The notes: generated by a model not told the origin, from the sequence alone. Positions 1-9,659 are shown, counted from the first letter of the stretch. The stretch: DNA of 57,087 nucleotides from a virus (IMGVR_UViG_2561511241_000005:1-57087), one strand, 5' to 3'. A program made the numbers and translations.

Positions 1-1200
1 ATGCTTACAGATACCAAATTACGAAACATCCACGGCAAGCCATATGACGGCCCGGAGGAAGTCCCGGACGCGGGCGGATTGTCTGCCAGGATAAGCCCGC
101 ACGGGGTTATATCTTTCCAGTATCGCTACCGATTCAACGGCAAGCCGCGACGGATGAAGATTGGCACTTACGGAGAAATAACACTCAAAGAAGCCCGCGC
201 GGCGGTGGCGGAGCATAAGGAGGTCTTAAACTCAGGACGAGATCCATCGATCGTAAAAAGAATGAACTTGTCCCGCGTTACGACACGGGCAACAATTGAA
301 GATATTGTTAGGGAGTACATGGAATCACCGCAGGCAAGAAACATGGTCAACTATAAGCAAGTCGAGGCGATGCTAAGTAAGCACATTGTCAGACCATGCG
401 GTAGCTATATCGTCGATGATATGGACTCCATAATGTGGGAGGGGATTTTTAGAAAGGTAGCTAATGGTGGCGCGCCCGTTCAGGCAGGGATAGTCTTAAA
501 CAGGATGAAGGCGGTAATAAAATATGCCATGCGACGCCGCCGCGTGGAGCGTGACGACATATCATTGCTACGCGTGAAAGACGTAGGCAAAAACCCGGCG
601 CAAAGGAAACGCGTCTTATCAATACAAGAGATTCACCATCTAATCAGCATTATAGACAGTTCAAAAATGGCGCGGCTAAATCAGATATTGATGAAGCTGA
701 TTATATTCACCGGATGCAGAACAAGCGAACTAACAAACGCAAGGCGCGAACATTTCGATCTTGATAACTGCGTGTGGACCGTGCCGGGTGCATTGAGTAA
801 GAACAGAAATGAGTTTAAGCGCGGTTTATCCGACGTTAGCGTTGATTTATTGCGTGAAGCTATGGATTTGCACGGCTTTAATTTTATCTTCGTTCCCGTG
901 CTTTCTGGAAGGGATGAAGCGGTAGACAGGAGCGTGCCGAAAACAGCCGCAAGGGATTTGATGCTAAGGATGGGCGGCGAGCCGTGGTCGTGTCACGACT
1001 TGCGCCGCACTGTAAGGACAAACCTTTCAGCGCTTGGCATTGCGCCGCACGTAGCAGAAAAGGTTTTAGGTCATAAACTGGCGGGAATGATGGCTATATA
1101 TGATCAGTATGATTACGTGAAGGAGCAAATAGAGGCGATGAATAAACTGGCTGATTACTACATGAAGCCCATTGATTTACAAAATGAAATAACGTCCTGA
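1..1200 (+). CDS. int: P4-type tyrosine integrase
   Basis: 399 aa; N-terminus MLTDTKLR... typical of P4-like integrases; C-terminal HDLRRT...LGH...Y catalytic signature. Confidence 0.9.
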   Translation: MLTDTKLRNIHGKPYDGPEEVPDAGGLSARISPHGVISFQYRYRFNGKPRRMKIGTYGEITLKEARAAVAEHKEVLNSGRDPSIVKRMNLSRVTTRATIEDIVREYMESPQARNMVNYKQVEAMLSKHIVRPCGSYIVDDMDSIMWEGIFRKVANGGAPVQAGIVLNRMKAVIKYAMRRRRVERDDISLLRVKDVGKNPAQRKRVLSIQEIHHLISIIDSSKMARLNQILMKLIIFTGCRTSELTNARREHFDLDNCVWTVPGALSKNRNEFKRGLSDVSVDLLREAMDLHGFNFIFVPVLSGRDEAVDRSVPKTAARDLMLRMGGEPWSCHDLRRTVRTNLSALGIAPHVAEKVLGHKLAGMMAIYDQYDYVKEQIEAMNKLADYYMKPIDLQNEITS

Positions 1201-1376
1201 TAACGGTAAAGAGATCCGCCGCGCTTTAACGCTGGCATCCCATTAACAGGTTCAGGGAAAGGAGTTCCCGCATCTTTCCATTTTTTAACGAGCTTAAAAA
1301 ATGCGGACTTGCTAAGTCCGCCTAACATTTTTTGCACTTGCTCACGATTAATAAGGATTGTCCCGATCTTATCCAT
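1158..1376 (-). CDS. AlpA/Xis-like excisionase or transcriptional regulator
   Basis: 72 aa basic protein, convergent with and overlapping the 3' end of int; start overlaps stop of upstream gene (TAATG). Confidence 0.6.
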   Translation of the reverse strand: MDKIGTILINREQVQKMLGGLSKSAFFKLVKKWKDAGTPFPEPVNGMPALKRGGSLYRYQDVISFCKSMGFM

Positions 1377-2035
1377 TATCTTTTCCCCGTGTATTCAACG
1401 TGTCCGATACATCCATCAATAATTGCTTGCGCCATATTGCGATAATCGCACGAAAATTCGTTGTCGCGGTTAAAGTCAATCTCTTTTGCCGCATCCTCAC
1501 CAATAACCTTTGTAGCAAGCGCAAACGCAATTTGCGCCAGTGCTTTTTCTTTCGGATCAATATGAATTCGATACGAGTATTGTTTCCATGCAATCGGTGT
1601 TTCAATATCAGTTTCTAACTTACTGTGAGCAATAGACCACTTATCGCCAATGTAGAAAAACTTAACTACATCAATCACTCTATCACTTGCCAATCCAATA
1701 CAATCAAGCCACACGCCGCACGGCGGCTTTTCTCCCGGTTTCCATTCCGTAACTTCCGGCTTATCGCAATCATGCCGCTCATCTTCGATTAATTCATCAA
1801 TGATTTCACTTTCTTTATTCATGCCGTCATCATCCTTATTCGATAAATCATCGTATTTTTCAAATTTCCACCCTGAAGCCATAGCCGAATAAGTGCCGCC
1901 ATTGTCAGCACGAATACCCAATAAATAGTATGTTCCGAAATTATATTCTGTGCGGCATGTTGCCACCTCAAACGATGGGTAACACTCAGGGTTAGTGCGA
2001 TGGCTAATCACGCCAATTGCTTTAAGTTTATTCAT
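1376..2035 (-). CDS. hypothetical protein
   Basis: 219 aa ORF, operon-packed between a small ORF and xis-like gene. Confidence 0.6.
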   Translation of the reverse strand: MNKLKAIGVISHRTNPECYPSFEVATCRTEYNFGTYYLLGIRADNGGTYSAMASGWKFEKYDDLSNKDDDGMNKESEIIDELIEDERHDCDKPEVTEWKPGEKPPCGVWLDCIGLASDRVIDVVKFFYIGDKWSIAHSKLETDIETPIAWKQYSYRIHIDPKEKALAQIAFALATKVIGEDAAKEIDFNRDNEFSCDYRNMAQAIIDGCIGHVEYTGKR

Positions 2036-2049
2036 TTGCTTATCCTCAA

Positions 2050-2211
2050 TTACGCCACCGTTACATTGTCAACTTTGATAAAATATTCAGGATGGTTTTC
2101 TATTTCGTGCTTAAAGTGCGCATGACACAATCGCCAATCACGCGCCTGATTGTGAAAATAGTAAACGTATTCGCCATCAATCTTGTATAAAATGCCTGTA
2201 GGTTTAGCCAT
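2050..2211 (-). CDS. small hypothetical protein (53 aa)
   Basis: ATG at 2209-2211 (revcomp), TAA at 2050-2052; hand-translated MAKPTGILYKIDGEYVYYFHNQ...; fills gap between NinB and 219-aa ORF. Confidence 0.35.
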   Translation of the reverse strand: MAKPTGILYKIDGEYVYYFHNQARDWRLCHAHFKHEIENHPEYFIKVDNVTVA

Positions 2212-2225
2212 ATAATAACTAACCA

Positions 2226-2657
2226 TCATTGCCCCCAGCGTTTTATGAATTCCTCGTTTAATTTCGTATCACCCGACCATTGAACATCATGTTCAGCGCC
2301 GAACGAGTAAATCAATTCGATCAGTTCACTGAATTCTGATTTACTCATTCGACTTGTTGACGTTCCCAATACAACGAAGCCGGATTTATCCAGGTTAGGG
2401 ACGACGCCATATTTCTTAAGTCCGGCAGTGAATACCGCTTTCCAGTCTTCCGGTGACAGCTTTTTACCGTACCAATTAACCTGATCGCTAATGTCGGTTA
2501 ACAGCGCCCAAAGCAACGCATTTTGGCTTAGCGAGCGGGTTTTCTCCTGGATGGTAATTATCAGCGGGCTTTTGCTATCAGGCTGGATCTCTCTTATCTG
2601 CCTGATAGCATTTTCTTTCACGGCGTCGTTTACTATCTCAAATCTAATTTGCCTCAT
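2226..2657 (-). CDS. ninB: NinB-family recombination protein
   Basis: 143 aa; motif ...PLIITIQEKTRSLSQNALLWALLTDISDQVNWYGKK... resembles lambda NinB. Confidence 0.75.
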   Translation of the reverse strand: MRQIRFEIVNDAVKENAIRQIREIQPDSKSPLIITIQEKTRSLSQNALLWALLTDISDQVNWYGKKLSPEDWKAVFTAGLKKYGVVPNLDKSGFVVLGTSTSRMSKSEFSELIELIYSFGAEHDVQWSGDTKLNEEFIKRWGQ

Positions 2658-2851
2658 AATACACCGTTGCTATTTTTCCATTGTGCCCGTGCGTACATAA
2701 TCGCCTGCAAAGAAATTAGCCGCGAGCTTGTCATGAAAGCGCCTTTTAAATATTTCATGTCAACCGTGACAGGTTTATCAGGATCATCGCCGCGCATGTA
2801 TTCAGCAATAGTGCTTAAATCCTCCACGGTTAACTCCAAATCCTTGTTCAT
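2654..2851 (-). CDS. hypothetical protein
   Basis: 65 aa ORF, ATGA overlap with ninB start. Confidence 0.45.
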   Translation of the reverse strand: MNKDLELTVEDLSTIAEYMRGDDPDKPVTVDMKYLKGAFMTSSRLISLQAIMYARAQWKNSNGVL

Positions 2852-2860
2852 GATTCCCCC

Positions 2861-3067
2861 TTACACAATCCGCATTGTGTTTCGTAATTCACCACGCAGC
2901 GCCAGTAATGCATCGCGCATTGGCACGAAAACCCGGTTAAATTTTACGTGTTTATATTTCCGCATTAGTGGCGGTGTATACACCATTGCGTCGCATACTT
3001 CCCACGGATAATAAACACGCGTATCATCAACAAACGTTTCAACTGAATAAAAGATTACTCGTCTCAT
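2861..3067 (-). CDS. hypothetical protein
   Basis: 68 aa ORF in operon context. Confidence 0.45.
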   Translation of the reverse strand: MRRVIFYSVETFVDDTRVYYPWEVCDAMVYTPPLMRKYKHVKFNRVFVPMRDALLALRGELRNTMRIV

Positions 3068-3621
3068 AATTCTAACACCGTTTCCTCGTTAAGTTTTTCA
3101 ATCTCAAATACTGGTTTATCAGGTAGCAGGCCGTTATTTTTCCGGTATTCGTTCAGGCGGCTGTCAAAGTCAAACGCAAGATCATTAGCGTGACCAAAGC
3201 GACCAGGTTTAAACAGTGAGTAAAAATTAAGGCCGTGTTTATTGGTATCTATGCAAAGTGTTTCATCCAGTACCATTAAACGCAGCGTGCGCGAAAGATA
3301 ATTCCACGGAATACCAGTTTCCGCGCTAATGTCACGCATACGCTTTTTAACGCTGTAGTCACTAAATAATGCAGCCACACGATCGCGCCGTTGTGCATAC
3401 AAATATTTAATTCGATACCCCAATAAGCGGCGGCGCGGTCCGAAATATGTATATACACGCTCGACAATACCAGTATCAATCAAGTGTTTAATTGTCTCAG
3501 GCAAACATCCGGCTTCGTCATATTCCGCTGATAATCCGGTTTTCTGGCGTAGCTGGTGCATTGTTGCGATGCCGTCCAGTTCAAGGATATTGATAACTTT
3601 TGTTTCAAGTTCAATGCTCAT
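3064..3621 (-). CDS. hypothetical protein
   Basis: ATG at 3619-3621 preceded by GAGG RBS (MSIELETK...); track start at 3657 is GTG. Confidence 0.55.
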   Translation of the reverse strand: MSIELETKVINILELDGIATMHQLRQKTGLSAEYDEAGCLPETIKHLIDTGIVERVYTYFGPRRRLLGYRIKYLYAQRRDRVAALFSDYSVKKRMRDISAETGIPWNYLSRTLRLMVLDETLCIDTNKHGLNFYSLFKPGRFGHANDLAFDFDSRLNEYRKNNGLLPDKPVFEIEKLNEETVLEL

Positions 3622-3700
3622 TGTTTTTCGCCTCGTTTTAAGCGCGAAAACAGCCACCAGAAAGAGGTCAACTTTCCGGTAAGCCGTTTGCTCAAGTTAA

Positions 3701-5122
3701 TTAAAAAGATGCGTTATTCTGGTTATTTCGTGGGGAAAATCGGCTTGCTGCCGGACGTTGTTGCATTGACTGTATGCAGGCGGACGCCGCGCGTGCCTGG
3801 TCGCATGGTAAAATGTTGCCGTTATCGTCAAACCGCTGGTAAACAGTCCCCGTTTTCCCGTGACGGTTTTTTGAAACGATGATCTCCATGTATTCGCGGG
3901 CAACTGATTGTTCGTTGTAGTAGCCGTCGCGGTAGACCATGATGATCCGGTCTGCGTCTTGTTCAAGATTACCGGAATCACGCAGATCAGAATTGTTCGG
4001 GCGCTTGTTCGGTCGTTCTTCAACGCGGCGGGATAATTGCGCCAGCGCCGCCACTGGCACGCGCAACTCTTTCGCCATCATTTTCAATGACCACGACAAT
4101 TGCCCTACGGCGAGATCATGACGTTCGGCCTTAGCCAGCTTCATTAACCCGATGTAGTCAATCATTACCATTCCCAGGTTAGGATGATCCTGTTTCATCC
4201 GTTCGACGGTGGCGCGTATTTCCTCGACCGTTAACTGCGATGCGTCAACAATCCACACATCGAGATCGGCAAGGGCGCTCATTCCCTGGGCGACGTGCGC
4301 CCACCCTTCATCATCAAGTTTTACCGGATTGCGTAGGCAGTCGGTTGATAAATTACCAGCGCCAGCGATGGCACGTTCAGTCATCTGATCTAGTGACATT
4401 TCAAGCGTGAACAGTAAAACACCTACCCGCTGACCTTCTCCGCCAGGGTATGGACGTTCAGCCGCCGCGCGGGCAATTGCCAACGCCAACGCAGATTTAC
4501 CAGATCCAGGGCGTCCGGCGATAAGTACCAGATCAGTAGCGTTAATGCCTCCTAACATTTCGTCGAGTGGGTCGATCCCTGTTTTGATGTTGTCAGAGTT
4601 CACGCCACACTCCATGCGTTTACTTAACACTTCCGTGTACTCCTGTACCGCGTCGCGCAACAGCACCGGAATAATCTTGTCTTTCGTTACTTTTAATTTT
4701 GAATACCGGGAATCAAAATATTTCATCGTCTCCCTGACAGCTTCAAGTGTCCCGGTCTCCAGGTTGTAGCGTATATCGTCCATCAGTTCCAACATCTGCC
4801 GCCGCTGATATTCCTCCTGTAATAGCGCGGCGTACCCCTTAAGGTTGGCGGCAGATGGACACGATCGCGCCGTTTGCATTAGCGGGACAAAATTTTCGTT
4901 ACCGATTTCATCACCGACCATCAGCGCGTCAATAAGGTTTCTGTTTCTGGCTTGCGCCCGGATTATCTCAAACGCTCGTTTATATAGTGGAATGGTGAAG
5001 ACTTCAGGATCGAGCGTAGCAAGAACATCTTGCGCGTTAGGAGTAAGACCGCCCAACAGGAGGCCACCTATCACAGCCGCCTCCCGTTCCTGGCGTAATG
5101 AGTTTACTTGCTCAGTCACCAT
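3701..5122 (-). CDS. DnaB-family replicative DNA helicase
   Basis: 473 aa; Walker A GRPGSGKS, DnaB-like N-terminal domain; GGAGG RBS upstream. Confidence 0.9.
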   Translation of the reverse strand: MVTEQVNSLRQEREAAVIGGLLLGGLTPNAQDVLATLDPEVFTIPLYKRAFEIIRAQARNRNLIDALMVGDEIGNENFVPLMQTARSCPSAANLKGYAALLQEEYQRRQMLELMDDIRYNLETGTLEAVRETMKYFDSRYSKLKVTKDKIIPVLLRDAVQEYTEVLSKRMECGVNSDNIKTGIDPLDEMLGGINATDLVLIAGRPGSGKSALALAIARAAAERPYPGGEGQRVGVLLFTLEMSLDQMTERAIAGAGNLSTDCLRNPVKLDDEGWAHVAQGMSALADLDVWIVDASQLTVEEIRATVERMKQDHPNLGMVMIDYIGLMKLAKAERHDLAVGQLSWSLKMMAKELRVPVAALAQLSRRVEERPNKRPNNSDLRDSGNLEQDADRIIMVYRDGYYNEQSVAREYMEIIVSKNRHGKTGTVYQRFDDNGNILPCDQARAASACIQSMQQRPAASRFSPRNNQNNASF

Positions 5123-5140
5123 TATGGCATTTCCTCCGGT

Positions 5141-6259
5141 TTACAGAATGGAATATTCAGGGTAATAAACAAAGCGCCCGATCTCCCCGTGATCAGGACT
5201 GTAAATTATTACCGCCGCCAGCCGCCGCGACCGCCAGCCGCCATTCGTTGAATAAGCGTCTTTGCCCGCTAACGTGCCGTGGTACTCAACAACGCCCAAC
5301 GATGATTCAATCAGCCGTTGGTGATGCCAGTGCCCGCAATGAGCGTAAACCGCCGATGACTTGCCGAAATCCTCCCGCCAGTCAGAGACGCACGCAGCCA
5401 ACAAATTTTCGGGTTTTTTGATAGTGTGCCCGTGATGATAGGCAAGGAATGTTTTGCCGTACTGTGTGTGGTGGACGATAGCAGGGGATACATCAACCGT
5501 CACACGCGGTTCATCTTCGTAAAAAGCCGCCAGCGCCGCACGTAGCCAAATCATCCCTGATTGGTCATGGTTGCCGGATAACACTTGGATCTCGACGTCT
5601 TTATGATTTAGTAACATCTTCCCGACCGCCCGCCGGACAGACCGGATAGCCACATAAACAAGTTTTGCGTAGCGGCTATCTTGATCAAGGATATGACCGC
5701 TTGTTGGTGTAACCGGGATCATCCCATCAGAATGAAGTAGATCCCCACCCAACAGCAAAACAGCTTTTTCAGACATTGGCGCAGCGCCTACCGCGTAGTC
5801 AAAGAAATCATTTAGCACGCGTTCAGCGATCCCGGTGTCGTAGCTCTCACCGCATTCAGCTTTATGAGCAAGCGCACCGATATGAAGATCGAATACCGGA
5901 TAAAGGGCCAGGCTTTTTTGGAAATCAATTTCAGGCACTGGCACGGCCTCCGCGCGTGGTATCTCTTCCGTGAAAGCGTCGCAAGCCGATTGCATTAGCC
6001 TTTCCATTTCGTCGCGATCACGGGATGTTTTAATCCAGCGCATAATCACATTGCCATCCTTATCGACTAGCAATGACTCGCCATTGACGCCAAAACCAGG
6101 TGCGCGGCGCGTGGATATTAAACCGCGCTTCGCCAGCCTTGCGCCCAGGCGTTCGACGTTGCGTTTTGCCATTCCATATTCTTCGGCTATTTGCTTGTAA
6201 GTTTTACCATTCTTGTATTCAGCGATCAGTTGTTCGTCGCTGATCTTTCTTTGTGACAT
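5141..6259 (-). CDS. HTH-domain protein fused to calcineurin-like metallophosphoesterase
   Basis: 372 aa; N-terminal HTH (KTYKQIAEEYGMAKRNVERLGARLAKRG); DLHIG, GDLLHSDG, GNHD, GHWHH phosphoesterase motifs; GAGGAA RBS. Confidence 0.7.
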   Translation of the reverse strand: MSQRKISDEQLIAEYKNGKTYKQIAEEYGMAKRNVERLGARLAKRGLISTRRAPGFGVNGESLLVDKDGNVIMRWIKTSRDRDEMERLMQSACDAFTEEIPRAEAVPVPEIDFQKSLALYPVFDLHIGALAHKAECGESYDTGIAERVLNDFFDYAVGAAPMSEKAVLLLGGDLLHSDGMIPVTPTSGHILDQDSRYAKLVYVAIRSVRRAVGKMLLNHKDVEIQVLSGNHDQSGMIWLRAALAAFYEDEPRVTVDVSPAIVHHTQYGKTFLAYHHGHTIKKPENLLAACVSDWREDFGKSSAVYAHCGHWHHQRLIESSLGVVEYHGTLAGKDAYSTNGGWRSRRLAAVIIYSPDHGEIGRFVYYPEYSIL

Positions 6260-6292
6260 AACGTTATTTCCTCAGGTTTACATTTTGTATAT

Positions 6293-7012
6293 TTAACCAC
6301 AAACGAATAATTTAGTTATCCATGCTTGGCCCTTAGCAGTGAATAACGCTTGCTCATATCCATCGAAAGTTAATTTCATCTCGCCGTATCCTTTATCAAT
6401 AAACCATTGACTAAATACACGACGACGACAACGAAGATCATAAACTCCAACAGCTTCGAGCTTTCTGTTTAATTTAATCGCAGACATTCCCAGCGCTTTT
6501 CCGACTTCTGAAGCCGTGCGGTGCATGTCGTTTTTAACAATGGCATCACAGACAGCCGCTTTTGGCGCAAGCTGTTTATTAACCAGTGCAAGCCGTTCCT
6601 TTTCCTCAGCAAGATCGGCAGCAAGGCGCAACGCTTCGCTTAATGTTTGAGGAATTGCAGGAGTGTTTTGCTGTACCCGTTTTTCAAGTTCAAACCATCG
6701 ATCAATAACAGCCGTCCGGCGCTTGATGTCGTAGCCAGTTATTAAAATCTCAGTGTATCTTCTATCGAGAAGATATTCCCAGCTATTCGGATTGTTTTTA
6801 TCATATTGATTGCATATAACTGATTGATTTGTAACGTAACTCAAATCTGATTTACGAATATAATCATCAGGTTTACCGCCTAACAATGCAGAAAGCATAA
6901 CGCGAATATCACGGCATACATTAAGATGTTTCTTACCAGTTAAATCTGCAATCTCACGCGATGACATTGTTAACACTTCATTCGCGCCATTAAGCGCCAT
7001 CAATTCAGACAT
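6293..7012 (-). CDS. Antirepressor (Rha-like N-terminus, KilAC-like C-terminus)
   Basis: ATG at 7010-7012 with GGAG RBS; EVLTMSSREIADLTGKKHLNVCRDIR Rha-like region and KilAC-like C-terminal region. Confidence 0.7.
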   Translation of the reverse strand: MSELMALNGANEVLTMSSREIADLTGKKHLNVCRDIRVMLSALLGGKPDDYIRKSDLSYVTNQSVICNQYDKNNPNSWEYLLDRRYTEILITGYDIKRRTAVIDRWFELEKRVQQNTPAIPQTLSEALRLAADLAEEKERLALVNKQLAPKAAVCDAIVKNDMHRTASEVGKALGMSAIKLNRKLEAVGVYDLRCRRRVFSQWFIDKGYGEMKLTFDGYEQALFTAKGQAWITKLFVCG

Positions 7013-7143
7013 TTTATTTTCTCCGTAAAACGCGCTACAACGCAAAAACCCACCGCGTAACCCACTTGTAAGGGTGCAGTGTCTTTTTTGCGCCAGAAGC
7101 GCAATCAGGTGGCTAATTTTCGATTTACAGACTGGTAGGTAGG

Positions 7144-7245
7144 TTATGGATTGACTAGAAGGAATAAGCCGCCGAACAAAGCGACATTAACAGCTATTGC
7201 CGCAGCTATGGCGAAAGCCAGGGCGAAAACGTGTTTACTATCCAT
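7144..7245 (-). CDS. micro-ORF encoding a 33-aa hydrophobic peptide
   Basis: MDSKHVFALAFAIAAAIAVNVALFGGLFLLVNP; GAGAGG RBS; preceded on the transcript by an inverted repeat. Confidence 0.3.
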   Translation of the reverse strand: MDSKHVFALAFAIAAAIAVNVALFGGLFLLVNP

Positions 7246-7378
7246 TTTAAAATCCTCTCTGTAACGCTCTCTAACGAGCTAATCGCAAAAAGGTAGGCAA
7301 GTGTAGCACCACATGCGATTTAGCTCGCTGGTGAGGTTGTTTTGTGGGTAATTTTGGATTTTTGCGGATCGTGGTTGG

Positions 7379-8446
7379 TCAAAGAACGCCAGCGCGCGTA
7401 TCACGTAGCGTTTTTGGTTTAAGCAGGAAATCAAGTGTCGCAGTGAAGCCATTGCCGAAGTAAAAATCTGAAGCCGTGTTTTTGAACGTTTCAAAGTAGG
7501 CGACAAAGCCGTTAATGCTTTTGTCTTTCAGGTAGTCAGTGAACGCATAGATCTTGCGTTCAAGATCCCGATCCAGTTCGGCAGGTGGTAACAGACCGTC
7601 AAACGTGCTGTTAAATGCTTCCACCACGTCGGCGGCGTTTACAGTAGCTGATAGCTTGCGCCATTGTTCAGCATCAGCCAGATACCCATCGAATTTAGTT
7701 ACCCGGCAAATGTTGATAGGCTTAGGTGTTCCACCACGGCTACGCCATTGCGTTAAAGCCCACTCAATTACTAACGTGATCTCATCCTCCGTATATGCCT
7801 TACGTGTTTTTGTTTCTGTCAGTAGTTCGATGAATGGCTTAGCGTCACGACATTTGCATCCTGCTTTTTCGTTGTAGAAGGCTAAGCAACGGTAAGCTGC
7901 CTCGCTTATCTGAAAGTAACCACCCTGATTGACCGTTTTTTGTTCATTTTCGCTAATACACGAAGTGTATATATCTTTTTCTATTTCTTCTTCTAATTCT
8001 TCTTCTAATTCTAATTCATGACCCTGACATGACCCGGTCATGACCCTATCATGACCTTTTGGCGTTGGGTTGATTAACTTTTCTAATTTGAATTGTTCTT
8101 TTGCTGCATTTATAGCAGCTCTGTAACCACTCTTAGAAGTCATTGATTGGTCCAGCCTTTTCAATAACTTTAAACAAGTTATGTGTCCTTGAGAACATTC
8201 AAATAAACCAATTTCGATGAAGTATTTCATCATTTCTTCTATACGTTTTTCAGTAGATCCGACGTTTCGCGCAATGATTCTCGCGTCATGTCGTAGGTCA
8301 AAAGTCAGATTGTGCTGATCTACGTCATAAGTAATTAATTCAAGGCAATACCAGTAAAGACCGTATCCTTCCAGGCCATAATCAAGCAAAACGTTTTGAA
8401 GTTTTTCGTCGCGGTTCGCATCGCTATCATGCTTAAACCACTTCAT
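7379..8446 (-). CDS. Replication initiation / replisome organiser protein (O-like)
   Basis: 355 aa; N-terminus MKWFKHDSDANRDEKLQ...GYGLYWYCLE typical of phage replisome-organiser N domain; GGAGGA RBS; contains iterons. Confidence 0.75.
   Translation of the reverse strand: MKWFKHDSDANRDEKLQNVLLDYGLEGYGLYWYCLELITYDVDQHNLTFDLRHDARIIARNVGSTEKRIEEMMKYFIEIGLFECSQGHITCLKLLKRLDQSMTSKSGYRAAINAAKEQFKLEKLINPTPKGHDRVMTGSCQGHELELEEELEEEIEKDIYTSCISENEQKTVNQGGYFQISEAAYRCLAFYNEKAGCKCRDAKPFIELLTETKTRKAYTEDEITLVIEWALTQWRSRGGTPKPINICRVTKFDGYLADAEQWRKLSATVNAADVVEAFNSTFDGLLPPAELDRDLERKIYAFTDYLKDKSINGFVAYFETFKNTASDFYFGNGFTATLDFLLKPKTLRDTRAGVL
8017..8056. repeat. Putative origin iterons: four direct CATGACC(C) repeats at 11-bp spacing inside the replication gene
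   Basis: CATGACCC at 8017, 8028, 8039 and CATGACC at 8050, flanked by AT-rich sequence and an acidic ELELEEELEEE-coding repeat. Confidence 0.5.
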
Positions 8447-8449
8447 AGA

Positions 8450-8704
8450 TCATTCCTCCGGCAGCATTACCAGGTAAACGTCATTTACCGGGTAAGGGTT
8501 ACAAATAAATCCTTTGTGTGTTAATCCGTCGATAGCAACCATTACCGTATTTACAGGAAGTTCACACATTTTTGCGATTTCTTGGTGTGACACCCTGGCG
8601 TGGCGGCGATTATCCGCCTTTTCTGCCAACGCCATTAAGACAAGTTTTTGAATCGGGCTGTTAAGTTCCACTTTCCAGGCCTCAGTCATCATGTGCATAC
8701 TCAT
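8450..8704 (-). CDS. HTH DNA-binding protein at the cro position
   Basis: ATG at 8702-8704 with AGGAGA RBS; 84 aa; HTH-like segment SHQEIAKMCELPVNTVMVAIDGL; first gene of leftward operon. Confidence 0.5.
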   Translation of the reverse strand: MSMHMMTEAWKVELNSPIQKLVLMALAEKADNRRHARVSHQEIAKMCELPVNTVMVAIDGLTHKGFICNPYPVNDVYLVMLPEE

Positions 8705-8821
8705 TGCTTTTTCTCCTATGGTTAAAATGAACGCGAGGGCGGGTATCCCATTAGCATTAGATAGCAGTGACTGACCGCTCAACAGATCCCGCCGTTGCGT
8801 GATATTTGTTTTTCGCTTCAC

Positions 8822-9011
8822 AGCGACACCGGGTTTTTAAAGAGCTTTTAAGGTATGTGCCTTTTTGTGCTTTCCATTATCTTTTTTCTTGCATCCTTGC
8901 AAGTATGGCCTTACCTTGTCTGCAAGTTTACAGAATGGAGTTTTAAGATCAAGGCTTGAAAAATACGTTTTGTGACTTGCGTCAAACTTTTTGAGGTTAT
9001 AGGGTAGCGAC
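8822..9011. promoter_or_regulatory. Divergent promoter/operator region between cro-position gene and CI-like repressor
   Basis: 190-bp intergenic region with repeated CTTGCA(AG) palindromic elements (8888-8927) and AT-rich promoter-like hexamers. Confidence 0.4.
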
Positions 9012-9659
9012 ATGAAAACAAAATGGTATGACTTAGCAAAGCAGCTTATGCGTGCGCAAGGCATGAGCCAGGATTCATTGGCGGATCTCATGGGGATCAC
9101 GAAAGGCGGCTTATCACACTGGCTGAATGGTCGCCGTGAGCCAAATCTTGAAGACATTGCGCGGATTATGCGGGCGCTTGGTCGTCGGCAATTCACTGTT
9201 ACACACGATGGAATGGTCATAGATGATTCTGTTTCTAACACGTTACCGGGCGCGCCACCGCGTGATTTAGGCAGTTACCCGGTTGTTGACTGGAAGGACG
9301 CAGTAAACAATATGGAAGATACAAGGCGATCAACATTACCACACGTTACAACTAGCGTTATTTGTTCAGATGATAGTTATTGGCTGGTAGCTAAAGGCGA
9401 ATCAATGAACGCGCCGCAAGGATTGAGTATACCAGCTGGGACGATGATACTTGTCGATCCGCACGCGCCAGCTATTGACGGAAAACTGGTTATAGCCCAA
9501 CTGGAGGAAGGGCAAACGCCTACGTTTAAACAGCTTGTTATTGATGGAGGTCAAAGGCTTTTACGTTCGCTCAATCCGCTGTATCCGCCAATCCCTATGA
9601 ATCCAGAATCTAAAATCATAGGTGTGGTAGTGGACGCGAAGATCGTAAACCTGCCATAA
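9012..9659 (+). CDS. CI-like repressor (HTH-XRE N-domain, S24 LexA-like peptidase C-domain)
   Basis: 215 aa; HTH near N-terminus; GESM (Ser) and TFKQL (Lys) self-cleavage dyad motifs. Confidence 0.85.
   Translation: MKTKWYDLAKQLMRAQGMSQDSLADLMGITKGGLSHWLNGRREPNLEDIARIMRALGRRQFTVTHDGMVIDDSVSNTLPGAPPRDLGSYPVVDWKDAVNNMEDTRRSTLPHVTTSVICSDDSYWLVAKGESMNAPQGLSIPAGTMILVDPHAPAIDGKLVIAQLEEGQTPTFKQLVIDGGQRLLRSLNPLYPPIPMNPESKIIGVVVDAKIVNLP

Noticed and set aside
3697-4023. 108-aa minus-strand ORF overlapping the 3' part of the helicase gene in another frame
   Set aside because: Alternative-frame overlap with the DnaB-like gene; no independent start context.
8837-9241. 134-aa minus-strand ORF overlapping the repressor gene
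   Set aside because: Antisense to a well-supported CI-like gene, no RBS, no recognisable domain; the part outside the repressor gene (8837-9013) does not encode a Cro-like HTH.
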